Part shown: in pieces, positions 49,958 through 63,796 of the stretch | Layout of the letters: each line of letters starts with the position of its first letter | Position numbering within the stretch: position 1 is the stretch's first letter | Assembly (NCBI GenBank): GCA_045545895.1 | Contig: JAZQBW010000070.1 | Location: 17,089 to 81,088, forward strand | Reading direction: 5' to 3' | DNA: 64,000 nt | Source: Faecalimonas sp. | Lineage (GTDB): Bacteria; Bacillota; Clostridia; Lachnospirales; Lachnospiraceae | The notes under the pieces: model-generated | Databases searched by the model: none | Told to the model about the DNA's origin: nothing | The model's input: only the letters and a program-made list of their open reading frames with translations | Made by a program: the position numbers and the translations under genes

Positions 49958-52035
49958 TGAGTGATGAGAGACAGATAAGAGAACGATACGACCTTACAAT
50001 AGAAAGAATTCAGTCTATTGTAAAGGAAGAGACGGTAGCACCGGTGTATCGTTCTTATTTTCAATTAACGGCGAAGTTTATTTTGGAAATCCATGAGATT
50101 CTCAGGCGTATTCTTACAAAGCCAATGGAACAATGTACTTTGGAAGAATTACAAAAAGAGAATAGGAATCTATATAGTGATATTATAGGTGAAAATTATG
50201 AAACAAGCTATGCCAACCCTTCTTACGCAGTGATGAATCTGGGAGAGGAGTTTGGCAGGCTTCTTAGTTTTTTATATACAGAAATTCGTGGCGAGATTGC
50301 ATATGTGTATGAGAAGAGATTGTTATACCTTACCATCTGTAACGAATTGTTTATTGAGATTTATAATTGTTTTGAGGGGGAAGAGAATCCGAATTACAAA
50401 GAACTGAAAGACATTGTATATTGGTATGCAAGTGATTATAGCGATGTGTTTGTGGCGGACCGCATCGAAGAACAACTGAATCCGGATTGTTCCTTTGCAA
50501 CCGATATTATAATGAATAGTGACCTTTCGGATTTGCGATATTTATACCTATATGGGGAGTATATATCGGAAAATGAATGGAAGACAGCACAGCATTTGAA
50601 TTCCCTACCGCAGGAAACCATTGACAAAATGGCAGAGGTCTATACAGAGGGATATCGGGTTGGCTTTGAAGTCGCCGGTATCGACTTGACCAAAAAATCG
50701 GTTGTAAACATCCGCTATGTAGTAGGGTTTGAGCGAGTGATTCGAAAGGCAATTCAGAATTTTGCCGAAATGGGGTTAAAGCCAACCATCTACCGTGCAG
50801 CAGTTAGTGTATTGACCAAAAAACAGCAGCATAAAATAGGTTATTATGGCGGCATTGCGAATAAGCAGTATGAATATGACCATCGTTTGGACCAAGGACT
50901 GATTTTGGATAAAAAATTGGTGGAGCGTAAGCTTGATGTGATGAAAAATGCTTACGAGCAGTGGAAAGAACTGGCGGCACAATTTGCAGGACCGGCTGTG
51001 ATGGAGGTGTTCGGAGAAGAACCGTTTGCACCGGAGCAGAAAGAGGAAGCAATCAAACTTACAGAGCGTGAGGAAAAGCTTTCTGTATTATATGACAGCA
51101 AAGCAGGTCAACTGACAAACCAATATATCAAAGGGGATGAGCGTAGTTTTACCATTGTTGCTTATCCAATTCCGGAGATTGGTGATCATTATGCAGAAAT
51201 CTTTGATGAAGTCATTCGAATCAACACCTTGGATGGGGCTCTTTATGAGACAGTGCAGCAAAGGTTGATTGATGCATTGGATCAGGGAGAATATGTTCAC
51301 GTTCTGGGAAAAGACAATAACGTGACGGATTTGAAGATTCAATTGTACAAGCTTTCTAATCCGGAAAAAGAGACGATCTTTGAAAACTGTGTGGCAGATG
51401 TGAATATCCCGGTAGGAGAAGTGTTTACGACTCCTGTGTTAGAGGGGACAAATGGGGTTCTCTATGTGAGTAAGGTTTATCTAAATGAGCTCCAATATCG
51501 GGATTTGAAGATTACATTTACAGATGGAAAGATTACAGATTACACTTGCAGCAATTTTCAGAACCAAGAGGAATGTAGGAAATATATTAAGGAAAATGTG
51601 CTTCACAACCATGAAACCTTGCCTCTTGGAGAGTTTGCAATCGGCACCAACACTACAGCATATGTGATTGCAAAGAAATATGCGATTGAAGATAAAATGC
51701 CGATTTTGATTGCAGAAAAGATGGGACCTCATTTTGCAGTGGGAGATACTTGCTACAGCTGGAGTGAGGAGAACAAATTATACAATCGAAATGGAAAGGA
51801 AATTGTGGCAAAGGACAATTCTATTTCCAGTATGAGAACAGAAGATGTGGCCAAAGCATATTTCCAATGTCATACGGATATTACCATTCCATACGAAGAA
51901 ATCGGGGAAATTACGGTGGTGACCGGGGCAGGTGAAAGAATTCCTCTTTTAAAAGATGGAAGATTTGTTTTGACAGGGACGGAGATTTTAAATGAACCGC
52001 TGGAAAAGGTTGACATTCCCAGTCGGTGTTTGTAA
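49957..52035 (+). CDS. Aminopeptidase, M29-like with long N-terminal extension
   Basis: [33 protein letters not shown] motifs. Confidence 0.8.
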   Translation: MSDERQIRERYDLTIERIQSIVKEETVAPVYRSYFQLTAKFILEIHEILRRILTKPMEQCTLEELQKENRNLYSDIIGENYETSYANPSYAVMNLGEEFGRLLSFLYTEIRGEIAYVYEKRLLYLTICNELFIEIYNCFEGEENPNYKELKDIVYWYASDYSDVFVADRIEEQLNPDCSFATDIIMNSDLSDLRYLYLYGEYISENEWKTAQHLNSLPQETIDKMAEVYTEGYRVGFEVAGIDLTKKSVVNIRYVVGFERVIRKAIQNFAEMGLKPTIYRAAVSVLTKKQQHKIGYYGGIANKQYEYDHRLDQGLILDKKLVERKLDVMKNAYEQWKELAAQFAGPAVMEVFGEEPFAPEQKEEAIKLTEREEKLSVLYDSKAGQLTNQYIKGDERSFTIVAYPIPEIGDHYAEIFDEVIRINTLDGALYETVQQRLIDALDQGEYVHVLGKDNNVTDLKIQLYKLSNPEKETIFENCVADVNIPVGEVFTTPVLEGTNGVLYVSKVYLNELQYRDLKITFTDGKITDYTCSNFQNQEECRKYIKENVLHNHETLPLGEFAIGTNTTAYVIAKKYAIEDKMPILIAEKMGPHFAVGDTCYSWSEENKLYNRNGKEIVAKDNSISSMRTEDVAKAYFQCHTDITIPYEEIGEITVVTGAGERIPLLKDGRFVLTGTEILNEPLEKVDIPSRCL

Positions 52036-52038
52036 AAT
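52010..52038 (+). promoter_or_regulatory. sigmaA promoter of purM operon
   Basis: TTGACA-17-TAAAAT overlapping the aminopeptidase 3' end. Confidence 0.65.
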
Positions 52039-52081
52039 AACTTATAAGTATAACTATGTAAATTACAATGGAGGAAATGAG

Positions 52082-53107
52082 ATGGATTATAAGAACGCAG
52101 GCGTAGATATTGAGGCAGGTTACAAATCAGTAGAGCTTATGAAAAAACATGTGCAGGCAACCATGAGACCAGAGGTGTTGACAAATATCGGTGGTTTCTC
52201 AGGAGCTTTCTCGATGGAAAAATTTAAGGACATGGAAAAACCGACACTCGTATCTGGTACAGACGGAGTAGGGACAAAATTAAAATTAGCGTTCCTTATG
52301 GATAAACATGATACAATCGGTATCGATTGCGTAGCAATGTGTGTAAACGATATTGCTTGTGCAGGTGGAGAACCATTATTCTTTTTAGACTATATTGCAT
52401 GTGGAAAGAATGAACCGGAAAAGATTGCAACGATTGTAAGCGGTGTGGCAGAAGGATGCCTCCAATCCGGTGCAGCATTAATTGGTGGAGAGACAGCAGA
52501 GATGCCAGGTTTCTATCCAATTGATGAATATGACTTGGCAGGATTTGCAGTTGGTGTTGTAGATGAAAAAGATTTAATCACAGGAAAAGACTTAAAAGCT
52601 GGAGATGTACTTATCGGTATGGCATCTTCAGGTGTACATAGCAATGGTTTTTCTTTGGTGCGTAAGGTATTCTCTATGACAGAAGAATCCTTAAACAGAG
52701 AGTACGAAGCTTTGGGATGCTCATTGGGAGAAGCATTATTGGCACCAACAAAGATTTACGTAAAAGCATTACGTACGATTAAAGAAGCAGGCGTAAAGAT
52801 TAAAGCGTGCAGCCATATTACAGGTGGTGGCTTCTATGAAAATATTCCACGTATGTTAAAAGAAGGAACACATGCGGTTGTGAAAAAGGACAGCTATCCA
52901 ATTCCACCGATTTTCCAAATGTTAGCAGTGGATGGTGACATCGAAGAACAGATGATGTACAACACATTTAACATGGGACTTGGTATGATTGTGGCAGTAG
53001 ACGAAAGTGACGTAGAGGCAACTTTGGCAGCCATCAAAGAAGCAGGCGAAGATGGTTACATTGTAGGTCACATCGAAGCAGGAGATAAAGGAGTTACTTT
53101 ATGCTAA
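52082..53107 (+). CDS. purM: Phosphoribosylformylglycinamidine cyclo-ligase
   Basis: [40 protein letters not shown]. Confidence 0.97.
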   Translation: MDYKNAGVDIEAGYKSVELMKKHVQATMRPEVLTNIGGFSGAFSMEKFKDMEKPTLVSGTDGVGTKLKLAFLMDKHDTIGIDCVAMCVNDIACAGGEPLFFLDYIACGKNEPEKIATIVSGVAEGCLQSGAALIGGETAEMPGFYPIDEYDLAGFAVGVVDEKDLITGKDLKAGDVLIGMASSGVHSNGFSLVRKVFSMTEESLNREYEALGCSLGEALLAPTKIYVKALRTIKEAGVKIKACSHITGGGFYENIPRMLKEGTHAVVKKDSYPIPPIFQMLAVDGDIEEQMMYNTFNMGLGMIVAVDESDVEATLAAIKEAGEDGYIVGHIEAGDKGVTLC

Positions 53108-53724
53108 AAGTAGTGGTGTTAGTCTCTGGCGGTGGTACCAATCTTCAGGCGATTATAGATGCTGTGAAGGCGGGAACCATTACGAATACAGAGATTGTAG
53201 GCGTTATTAGCAATAATAAAAATGCATATGCTCTGCAGCGCGCAAAGAATGCGGGTATTGCCAGCGTATGTGTTTCACCAAAGGATTTTGCTTCCCGAGC
53301 AGAATTTAATCAGGAACTTTTAAGAGTTGTGGATGACTTTGAAGCAGATCTCTTAGTCCTTGCAGGATTTTTAGTAGTGATTCCGGAGATGATGATTGAA
53401 AAATATCGCAATCGTATTATCAATATTCATCCATCACTGATTCCGGCATTTTGCGGAACCGGATTTTATGGTCTGAAGGTCCATGAGGCTGCGTTGGAAA
53501 AAGGTGTTAAAGTGGTTGGCGCAACCGTTCATTTCGTGGATGAAGGAACGGACACGGGAGCCATTATTTTACAAAAAGCAGTGGAAGTGCTTGAGGGAGA
53601 TACTCCGGAAGTGCTTCGGCGTCGCGTTATGGAACAGGCGGAATGGAAGATACTCCCATGTGCCATTGACCTGATTGCAAATGGGAAAGTGGAAGTTGTA
53701 AATAATAAAGTGGTTATAAAGTAA
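53101..53724 (+). CDS. purN: Phosphoribosylglycinamide formyltransferase
   Basis: [28 protein letters not shown]. Confidence 0.96.
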   Translation: MLKVVVLVSGGGTNLQAIIDAVKAGTITNTEIVGVISNNKNAYALQRAKNAGIASVCVSPKDFASRAEFNQELLRVVDDFEADLLVLAGFLVVIPEMMIEKYRNRIINIHPSLIPAFCGTGFYGLKVHEAALEKGVKVVGATVHFVDEGTDTGAIILQKAVEVLEGDTPEVLRRRVMEQAEWKILPCAIDLIANGKVEVVNNKVVIK

Positions 53725-53784
53725 TTTGTTATGAGTAGTGGTTATGATATAATCACTACTCATATATCAATAGGAGGAATACGA

Positions 53785-55056
53785 ATGAAAGTATTAATTG
53801 TTGGAAGCGGTGGAAGAGAGCATGCAATCGCATGGAAAGTAGCCCAAAGCGAAAGAGTAGACAAGATTTATTGCGCACCGGGAAATGCCGGGATTGCAGA
53901 ATTTGCAGAATGTGTAGCAATCGGTGCCATGGAATTTGATAAATTAGTGGCTTTTGCAAAAGAAAAAGAAATCGACCTTACCATTATCGGTATGGACGAC
54001 CCATTAGTTGGCGGAGTGGTTGATGAATTTGAAAAAGCAGGACTCCGTGTGTTTGGACCACGCAAAAATGCAGCCATTTTGGAAGGCTCCAAAGCATTTT
54101 CAAAAGATTTGATGAAAAAGTACAACATTCCAACTGCTGCATATGAAAACTTTGACAATGCAGAAGATGCTCTTACATATTTGGAAACGGCAAAGATGCC
54201 AATCGTATTAAAGGCAGACGGACTTGCACTTGGAAAAGGTGTTTTGATTTGCAATACATTGGAAGAAGCCAAAGAGGGCGTTCGCTCTATTATGTTGGAT
54301 AAACAGTTTGGATCTGCAGGAAACCGCATGGTAATTGAGGAGTTTATGACAGGACGTGAAGTGTCTGTATTATCTTATGTAGATGGCAAGACAATCAAGA
54401 CCATGACATCTGCACAGGATCACAAACGTGCAAAGGATGGAGACCAGGGATTGAATACAGGAGGCATGGGTACCTTCAGTCCAAGCCCATTCTACACAGA
54501 AGAAGTAGACGAATTCTGTAAGAAATACATTTATCAGGCAACGGTAGATGCAATGAGAGCAGAAGGCAGAGAATTTAAGGGAATCATTTTCTTTGGATTG
54601 ATGCTGACAGCAGATGGACCGAGAGTGTTGGAATACAATGCTCGTTTTGGAGATCCGGAGACTCAGGTTGTTCTCCCACGTATGAAGACAGATATTGTAG
54701 ATGTGTTTGAAGCATGTATTGACGGAAAACTGGACGAGATTGAATTGGAATTTGAAGACAATGCAGCAGTTTGTGTTGTGCTGGCTTCTGATGGATATCC
54801 ATTAAAATATGAAAAAGGCTTCCAAATTGAAGGGTTAGATGAGTTTGACAAGCATGAAGGTTATTACTGTTTCCATGCAGGAACCAAATTCGACGGTGAT
54901 ACCATTGTGACAAATGGTGGACGTGTACTTGGTGTTACTGCAAAAGGAAAGGACTTAAAGGAAGCAAGGGCAAACGCCTATGCTGCAACAGAGTGGGTAA
55001 CCTTTGCAAACAAATATAAGAGAAACGATATCGGAAAAGCGATAGACGAAGCGTAA
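53785..55056 (+). CDS. purD: Phosphoribosylamine-glycine ligase
   Basis: GSGGREHA, KADGLALGKGV, NTGGMG, EYNARFGDPE, GGRVL. Confidence 0.97.
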   Translation: MKVLIVGSGGREHAIAWKVAQSERVDKIYCAPGNAGIAEFAECVAIGAMEFDKLVAFAKEKEIDLTIIGMDDPLVGGVVDEFEKAGLRVFGPRKNAAILEGSKAFSKDLMKKYNIPTAAYENFDNAEDALTYLETAKMPIVLKADGLALGKGVLICNTLEEAKEGVRSIMLDKQFGSAGNRMVIEEFMTGREVSVLSYVDGKTIKTMTSAQDHKRAKDGDQGLNTGGMGTFSPSPFYTEEVDEFCKKYIYQATVDAMRAEGREFKGIIFFGLMLTADGPRVLEYNARFGDPETQVVLPRMKTDIVDVFEACIDGKLDEIELEFEDNAAVCVVLASDGYPLKYEKGFQIEGLDEFDKHEGYYCFHAGTKFDGDTIVTNGGRVLGVTAKGKDLKEARANAYAATEWVTFANKYKRNDIGKAIDEA

Positions 55057-55063
55057 AGGAGAT

Positions 55064-55642
55064 ATGGGAATGAATAATGTTACAGAAATCAGATGGCATG
55101 GCCGTGGCGGTCAAGGTGCCAAAACAGCTGCATTATTATTAGCAGATGTTGCATTCCAGACAGGAAAATACGTACAAGGATTTCCGGAATACGGCCCAGA
55201 GCGTATGGGAGCACCGATTACAGCATACAACCGTATCAGTGATACTAAGATCCGTGTACATTCTAATATTTATGACCCACAATACGTGGTTGTTGTAGAT
55301 GAGTCTTTGTTGGAAACCGTAGATGTTACAAAAGGACTGAAGAAAGACGGTGCAATTCTTATTAATACGCAGCGCACCAAAGAGGAGATTATCCCGCACT
55401 TAAAAGGATACGAAGGTGATGTATACATCATTGATGCACACAAAGTATCTATGGCTACTATGGGAAAATATTTCCCGAACACACCACTTCTTGCAGCAAT
55501 CGTAAAAGTGGCAGGCATTATGGAAGAAGAAACATTTTTACGTGAAATGGAAAGCTCTTTCAAACACAAATTTGCCAGCAAGCCAGAAGTTATCGAAGGT
55601 AACATGGCAGCTCTGAAAATGGCTATGCAGGAGGTGCAATAA
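55064..55642 (+). CDS. porC: 2-oxoacid:ferredoxin oxidoreductase gamma subunit
   Basis: EIRWHGRGGQGAKT, FPEYGPERMGAP. Confidence 0.9.
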   Translation: MGMNNVTEIRWHGRGGQGAKTAALLLADVAFQTGKYVQGFPEYGPERMGAPITAYNRISDTKIRVHSNIYDPQYVVVVDESLLETVDVTKGLKKDGAILINTQRTKEEIIPHLKGYEGDVYIIDAHKVSMATMGKYFPNTPLLAAIVKVAGIMEEETFLREMESSFKHKFASKPEVIEGNMAALKMAMQEVQ

Positions 55643-55944
55643 TGAAATCAGATATCACAAAATTAGGTGTAAAAACAAAATGGCAGGATTTGACAGAAGG
55701 TATGATTATCGTCGGCTCAGGAACATCCAAAGAGTTTAAGACCGGCGAATGGTCTTCTGTAAAACCGGAATTTATTGAAGATAAGTGTAAACAATGCTTA
55801 CTCTGCGTACCGGTATGTCCGGACAGCTGTATTCCAGTGAAGGACATGAAGCGTATGGCATTTGACTTAGACCACTGCAAAGGATGCGGCATTTGCGTAA
55901 AATCATGCCCATTTGGTGCAATTACAATGGAAGGGGTGAAATAG
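55642..55944 (+). CDS. porD: 2-oxoacid:ferredoxin oxidoreductase delta subunit (2x[4Fe-4S])
   Basis: KTGEW, CKQCLLCVPVCP, CKGCGICVKSCP. Confidence 0.9.
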   Translation: MKSDITKLGVKTKWQDLTEGMIIVGSGTSKEFKTGEWSSVKPEFIEDKCKQCLLCVPVCPDSCIPVKDMKRMAFDLDHCKGCGICVKSCPFGAITMEGVK

Positions 55945-55945
55945 T

Positions 55946-57127
55946 ATGGGAAAAAGAGAACGTTTATCGGGAAATGAAGCAGTAGCAATTGCGCTCCGTC
56001 AAATCAATCCGGACGTATTTCCTGCATTCCCTATTACTCCATCTACAGAGATTCCGCAGTACTTTGCATCATTTGTTGCAAATGGACAGGTAGATACAGA
56101 ATTTATTACGGTGGAAAGTGAACACAGTTCTATGAGTGCCACCATCGGTGCTTCCGCAGCAGGTGCAAGAGCGCTCACAGCAACATCTTCCTGTGGTCTT
56201 GCTTATATGTGGGAAGAATTATACATAGCAGCATCCAATCGTTTACCATTGGCATTGGCACTTGTAAACCGTGCACTTTCAGGACCAATCAATATCAACT
56301 GTGACCACTCAGACAGTATGGGTGCAAGAGATGCAGGTTGGATTCAGATTTATGCAGAAAACAATCAGGAAGCATATGACAATATGGTGCAGGCATTCCG
56401 TATTTCAGAACACAAGGATGTTCGTCTCCCAATCATGATTTGCCAGGATGGTTTCATCACAAGCCATGCAGTAGAAAATATTGAATTATTGGACGATGCA
56501 GAGGTGAAGAATTTTGTTGGGGAATATGAACCTGAAAATTACTTATTAAATCCAAAGCAGCCAATGGCAGTTGGACCATATGCAATCACAGATTACTATA
56601 TGGAAGCAAAACGTAATCAGGCAGAAGCCCTTAAGAACTCTGTAGAAGTTGTAAAAGCAGTAGCAAAAGAATTTGCCGCAATTTCAGGAAGAGAATATGG
56701 TCTCTTTGAAGAGTATTGCATGGAAGATGCTGAAAGAGCAGTTGTAATCATCGGTTCTGCAGCAGGTACAACAAAAGATGCCATCGATGCTCTCCGTGCA
56801 AAAGGTGAAAAAGTAGGTCTGATTAAGATTCGTTTATACCGTCCATTCCCTGCAGAAGAGATTGCGCAGGCTCTTAAGAATGTAAAAGCAGTTGCAATCA
56901 TGGACAGAGCAGAAGGTTACTCAAACCATGGTGGACCTTTAGGTGCAGATGTGATGTCAGCAATGTTCCGTGCTCGCTCACAGGCACATGCAGTGAACTA
57001 CATTTACGGTCTTGGTGGACGCGACGTTCGCGTAGAAGACATGGAAGGTGTATTTGAAGACCTGAAACAAATCATAGCAGACGGCGATGCAGGGGAAACC
57101 TATCGCTACATGGGAATCAGAGAGTAG
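55946..57127 (+). CDS. porA: 2-oxoacid:ferredoxin oxidoreductase alpha subunit
   Basis: GNEAVA, FPITPST, VESEHS, NRAL. Confidence 0.9.
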   Translation: MGKRERLSGNEAVAIALRQINPDVFPAFPITPSTEIPQYFASFVANGQVDTEFITVESEHSSMSATIGASAAGARALTATSSCGLAYMWEELYIAASNRLPLALALVNRALSGPININCDHSDSMGARDAGWIQIYAENNQEAYDNMVQAFRISEHKDVRLPIMICQDGFITSHAVENIELLDDAEVKNFVGEYEPENYLLNPKQPMAVGPYAITDYYMEAKRNQAEALKNSVEVVKAVAKEFAAISGREYGLFEEYCMEDAERAVVIIGSAAGTTKDAIDALRAKGEKVGLIKIRLYRPFPAEEIAQALKNVKAVAIMDRAEGYSNHGGPLGADVMSAMFRARSQAHAVNYIYGLGGRDVRVEDMEGVFEDLKQIIADGDAGETYRYMGIRE

Positions 57128-57140
57128 GAGGAAACGTAAG

Positions 57141-58073
57141 ATGGCATATAATTTTAAAGAAACAATGAATAAGCCGGAACGTCTTGCTCCGGGTCATAGA
57201 ATGTGTGCTGGCTGCGGCGGTACCATCGCAGTAAGAAACGTACTTCGTGGACTTCACGAAGGAGACAAAGCCGTAATCGGTAACGCAACAGGATGCCTTG
57301 AGGTATCCACATTTACATACCCATACACAGCATGGGAAGATAGCTACATTCACAATGCATTTGAAAATGCAGGTGCAACACTCAGTGGTGTAGAAGGTGC
57401 TTACAACGCATTAAAGAGAAAAGGCAAATTAGACGAAACATACAAGTTCATCACATTCGGTGGTGACGGAGGTACATACGATATCGGTTTCCAATCTCTT
57501 TCAGGAGCAATGGAACGTAATCACGATATGGTATATGTATGTTACGACAATGGTGCTTACATGAACACCGGTATCCAACGTTCTTCTGCTACACCAATGT
57601 ATGCAGATACAACCACAACACCGGTAGGAAGCGAAAGCAATGGTAAGATGCAGAACAGAAAAGATTTGGCAGCAGTGATCGCAGCTCACGATGTTCCATA
57701 CGTAGCACAGACTACTTTTGTACAAAACTTTAAAGATTTACATATCAAGGCTGAAAAAGCAATTTATACACCGGGCGCAGCATTCCTGAACATCATGGCT
57801 CCATGTCCACGTGGATGGAGATACAATACACCGGACATTATGGAAATCTGTAAGTTAGGTGTAGAAACATGTTATTGGCCATTGTTTGAAGTGGTAGAAG
57901 GAAAATGGATCTTAAACTATGAGCCGAAGAAGAAACTTCCAATCGAAGAATTCTTAAGTAAACAAGGCAGATTCAAACATTTATTCAAAAAAGGAAATGA
58001 ACATCTCATCGAAGAATTCCAAAAGGAAGTTGACAGAAGATGGGAAGAATTACAATTTAGATGTTCAAAATAA
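57141..58073 (+). CDS. porB: 2-oxoacid:ferredoxin oxidoreductase beta subunit (TPP-binding)
   Basis: GHRMCAGCG, TGCLEV, GGDGG..DIG, YDNGAYMNTG.QRS. Confidence 0.9.
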   Translation: MAYNFKETMNKPERLAPGHRMCAGCGGTIAVRNVLRGLHEGDKAVIGNATGCLEVSTFTYPYTAWEDSYIHNAFENAGATLSGVEGAYNALKRKGKLDETYKFITFGGDGGTYDIGFQSLSGAMERNHDMVYVCYDNGAYMNTGIQRSSATPMYADTTTTPVGSESNGKMQNRKDLAAVIAAHDVPYVAQTTFVQNFKDLHIKAEKAIYTPGAAFLNIMAPCPRGWRYNTPDIMEICKLGVETCYWPLFEVVEGKWILNYEPKKKLPIEEFLSKQGRFKHLFKKGNEHLIEEFQKEVDRRWEELQFRCSK

Positions 58074-58077
58074 GCTT

Positions 58078-58581
58078 ATGTTCAACGAATTAACACAAAA
58101 AGACATAGACGATATGAAAGCAGAAGTAGAACACCGCAAGTGTGTCGTTCGCAAGGAACTTCTGGAAGATGTAAAGACGGCCCGCGCTCATGGCGACCTA
58201 AGCGAGAACTTCGAATACAAAGCTGCAAAGCAGGCAAAGAATCAAAATGAAAGCCGAATCCGCTATTTAGAGAAAATGATCCGTACAGCGGTGGTGATTA
58301 CAGATGAATCAAAGGCAGACGAAGTTGGTCTTGGGAACGTAATAGAACTTTACTTTGAAGATGACGACGAAGTGGAAGAATTCAAGATTGTTACAACAGT
58401 TCGAGGTAACTCCCTTAAGAATCTAATCAGTACAGAGTCACCAATCGGGAAAGCAGTCCTTGGACACAAGGTTGGTGACCGTGTGTGGGTGGAAATTAAT
58501 AGCAATGCAGGATATTTTATAGAAATTAAAGCCATCAAGGAAGCAGATCCGGATGAAGAGGATGCGTTGCGAAAGTTTTAA
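58078..58581 (+). CDS. greA: GreA/GreB-family transcription elongation factor
   Basis: ARAHGDLSENFEY.AAK, IS.ESPIGKA. Confidence 0.85.
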   Translation: MFNELTQKDIDDMKAEVEHRKCVVRKELLEDVKTARAHGDLSENFEYKAAKQAKNQNESRIRYLEKMIRTAVVITDESKADEVGLGNVIELYFEDDDEVEEFKIVTTVRGNSLKNLISTESPIGKAVLGHKVGDRVWVEINSNAGYFIEIKAIKEADPDEEDALRKF

Positions 58582-58625
58582 AAAAATATATTATTATGAA
58601 AACCGAAGAGAAGGAGAATAATTTC

Positions 58626-59339
58626 ATGGAAATGTTATCAATCGCAAGAGAATTACAAGAGAATGCGTACCCAGGGCGTGGTATTATTATTGGTAAGACA
58701 CCAGATGGCAAAAAAGCAGTGACTGCATACTTCATCATGGGAAGAAGTGAAAATAGTAGAAACCGTGTGTTTGTAACAGAAGGAGAAGGCATCCGCACAC
58801 AGGCTTTCGATCCATCCAAGCTGACAGACCCAAGCTTAATCATCTACGCGCCGGTTCGTGTTTTAGGAAATAAAACAATCGTAACAAACGGAGACCAGAC
58901 TGATACTATCTACGATGGTATGGACAGCGGACTTACATTTGAACAATCCTTAAGATGCAGAGAGTTTGAACCAGACGGACCAAACTACACCCCTCGTATC
59001 TCAGGTGTGATGCATATTGAAAATGGTACATATGATTACGCAATGTCAATCCTAAAGAGCAACAATGGCAATCCGGACGCTTGCAACCGTTACACATTTG
59101 CATATGAGAATCCGGTAGCAGGAGAAGGACATTTCATTCATACATACAAATGCGATGGCAATCCACTTCCAAGCTTTGAGGGAGAACCAAAGTTGATTGG
59201 TATGATGGACGACATGGATGCATTTACAGAGATGCTTTGGAACAGCTTGAACGAAGACAACAAAGTTTCTTTATTCGTACGTTACATCGATATTGCAACA
59301 GGTGCATACGAAACAAAGATTATCAATAAGAACAAATAG
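58626..59339 (+). CDS. Stand-alone IMP cyclohydrolase (PurO-like)
   Basis: YPGRGI, YFIMGRS..SRNR, TNGDQTD, EPD.PNYTPRISG; adjacent to AICAR transformylase. Confidence 0.8.
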   Translation: MEMLSIARELQENAYPGRGIIIGKTPDGKKAVTAYFIMGRSENSRNRVFVTEGEGIRTQAFDPSKLTDPSLIIYAPVRVLGNKTIVTNGDQTDTIYDGMDSGLTFEQSLRCREFEPDGPNYTPRISGVMHIENGTYDYAMSILKSNNGNPDACNRYTFAYENPVAGEGHFIHTYKCDGNPLPSFEGEPKLIGMMDDMDAFTEMLWNSLNEDNKVSLFVRYIDIATGAYETKIINKNK

Positions 59340-59350
59340 GAGAGCAGAAG

Positions 59351-60526
59351 ATGAAAGAATTAGAATTAAAATATGGATGTAATCCTAATCAAAAACCATC
59401 CAAGATCTACATGAACGAAGGGGAGCTTCCAATCAAAGTATTGTGTGGAAGACCAGGATACATTAACTTTTTAGATGCATTTAACGGATGGCAGTTGGTA
59501 AAGGAACTTAAGAAAGCAACAGGACTTCCGGCTGCAACTTCTTTCAAACACGTTTCTCCAGCCGGAGCAGCAGTAGGACTTCCATTAGATGAAACGCTGG
59601 CTAAAATCTACTGGGTCGACGACTGTGGCGAACTATCACCGCTAGCTTGTGCATACGCAAGAGCAAGAGGTGCAGACAGAATGTCTTCTTTCGGTGATTT
59701 CATTTCCTTATCAGATGTTTGTGACGTTGCTACAGCCAAATTAATCAAGCGTGAAGTATCAGATGGAGTAATCGCACCGGGCTATGAACCGGAAGCCTTG
59801 GAAATCTTAAAAGCAAAGAAAAAGGGGAACTACGCAGTCATTGAAATTGACCCAGACTATGAGCCAAATCCAATTGAACACAAAGAAGTATTTGGTATTA
59901 CATTTGAACAAGGAAGAAACGAGCTTGTAATCGATGATGAATTACTTGCAAATGTTGTGACAGACAACAAAGAGATTCCGGAAGAAGCGAAGATTGACCT
60001 TGCGATTGCATTAATTACTTTGAAATATACACAATCCAATTCCGTATGTTACGCAAAAGGTGGTCAGGCAATTGGTATCGGTGCGGGACAGCAGTCACGT
60101 ATTCACTGTACACGTCTTGCAGGACAAAAGGCGGACAACTGGTGGCTTCGTCAATCACCACAGGTATTAGGTTTACAATTTGTAGATGGAATCGGAAGAG
60201 CAGATAGAGATAACTCCATTGATTTATACATCGGAGAGGAATACATGGACGTTCTTGCAGAAGGTACATGGCAGAATATTTTCAAAGAAAAGCCACCTGT
60301 ATTTACAGCAGAAGAAAAACGTGCATGGTTAGACAAGATGGAAAATGTGGCACTTGGCTCAGATGCTTTTTTCCCATTTGGGGATAACATCGAAAGAGCT
60401 CATAAGAGTGGCGTGAAATATATTGCACAGCCAGGTGGCTCTGTTCGTGATGACAACGTTATCAGCACATGTAATAAATATGGAATGGCAATGGCATTCA
60501 CAGGAATCCGCCTGTTCCATCACTAG
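59351..60526 (+). CDS. purH: AICAR formyltransferase (PurH transformylase domain only)
   Basis: LKYGCNPNQ, SFKHVSPAG, GAGQQSR, SDAFFPF, QPGGS, RLFHH; no N-terminal cyclohydrolase domain. Confidence 0.88.
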   Translation: MKELELKYGCNPNQKPSKIYMNEGELPIKVLCGRPGYINFLDAFNGWQLVKELKKATGLPAATSFKHVSPAGAAVGLPLDETLAKIYWVDDCGELSPLACAYARARGADRMSSFGDFISLSDVCDVATAKLIKREVSDGVIAPGYEPEALEILKAKKKGNYAVIEIDPDYEPNPIEHKEVFGITFEQGRNELVIDDELLANVVTDNKEIPEEAKIDLAIALITLKYTQSNSVCYAKGGQAIGIGAGQQSRIHCTRLAGQKADNWWLRQSPQVLGLQFVDGIGRADRDNSIDLYIGEEYMDVLAEGTWQNIFKEKPPVFTAEEKRAWLDKMENVALGSDAFFPFGDNIERAHKSGVKYIAQPGGSVRDDNVISTCNKYGMAMAFTGIRLFHH

Positions 60527-60541
60527 AATATTTGATTCAGT

Positions 60542-60588
60542 AAGCGTCATATTGTCTTGGACAGACCCAAGACGATGTGGCGCTTTTT
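60542..60588 (+). terminator. Intrinsic terminator of the pur/por operon
   Basis: aagcgtcatattgtcttgg/ccaagacgatgtggcgctt long stem with G.U pairs plus T-run. Confidence 0.8.
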
Positions 60589-60726
60589 GGCTGAATAGTA
60601 ACTTTTTGATTATAAAAATAAGAATAAAGGTATTGTATATTTTGAGAATAGCATATATAATATAAAGGTCGAAAATAAAAAGTGCAAAAATTTGGCGTAT
60701 TAGTCAAACTCAGGGAGGAAAAAGTA

Positions 60727-63412
<2,686 letters not shown>

Positions 63413-63494
63413 CAGGAAATCCCAAAAGAAACACTTGCGGAGTAGAATCACTTGTGATAAAATACATGTGTTGTATACTCAGGAGGTGTAAATC

Positions 63495-63737
63495 ATGGAA
63501 ATCTTAAAAATCATTCTTACAATTTTATTCGTTATAGATTGTATCGTTTTAACGGCACTTGTATTACTTCAGGAAGGAAAGTCAGCAGGCCTTGGTGCAA
63601 TCAGCGGCGGAGCAGATACATTCTGGGCACAGAACAAAGCCCGTTCTAAAGAAGGTAAGATTGTACTTGTAACTAGAATTACAGCAGTATTATTTATCGT
63701 TCTTGCAATTGTTTTGAATTTAGGTGTATTTGCATAA
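63495..63737 (+). CDS. secG: Preprotein translocase subunit SecG
   Basis: Two TMs with LLQEGKSAGLG.ISGG loop; promoter TTGCGG-17-TAAAAT at 63435-63463. Confidence 0.92.
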   Translation: MEILKIILTILFVIDCIVLTALVLLQEGKSAGLGAISGGADTFWAQNKARSKEGKIVLVTRITAVLFIVLAIVLNLGVFA

Positions 63738-63756
63738 GAATATGATATGAGACATG

Positions 63757-63788
63757 AAAAGGGGAAATCGATTAACGATTTCCCCTTT
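63757..63788. terminator. Bidirectional terminator (secG / coaBC)
   Basis: aaaggggaaatcg/cgatttccccttt stem. Confidence 0.8.
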
Positions 63789-63796
63789 ATTCATCC

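Noticed and set aside
52039-52081. Purine or ZTP riboswitch before purM
   Set aside because: Leader is too short and AT-rich, with no aptamer motifs
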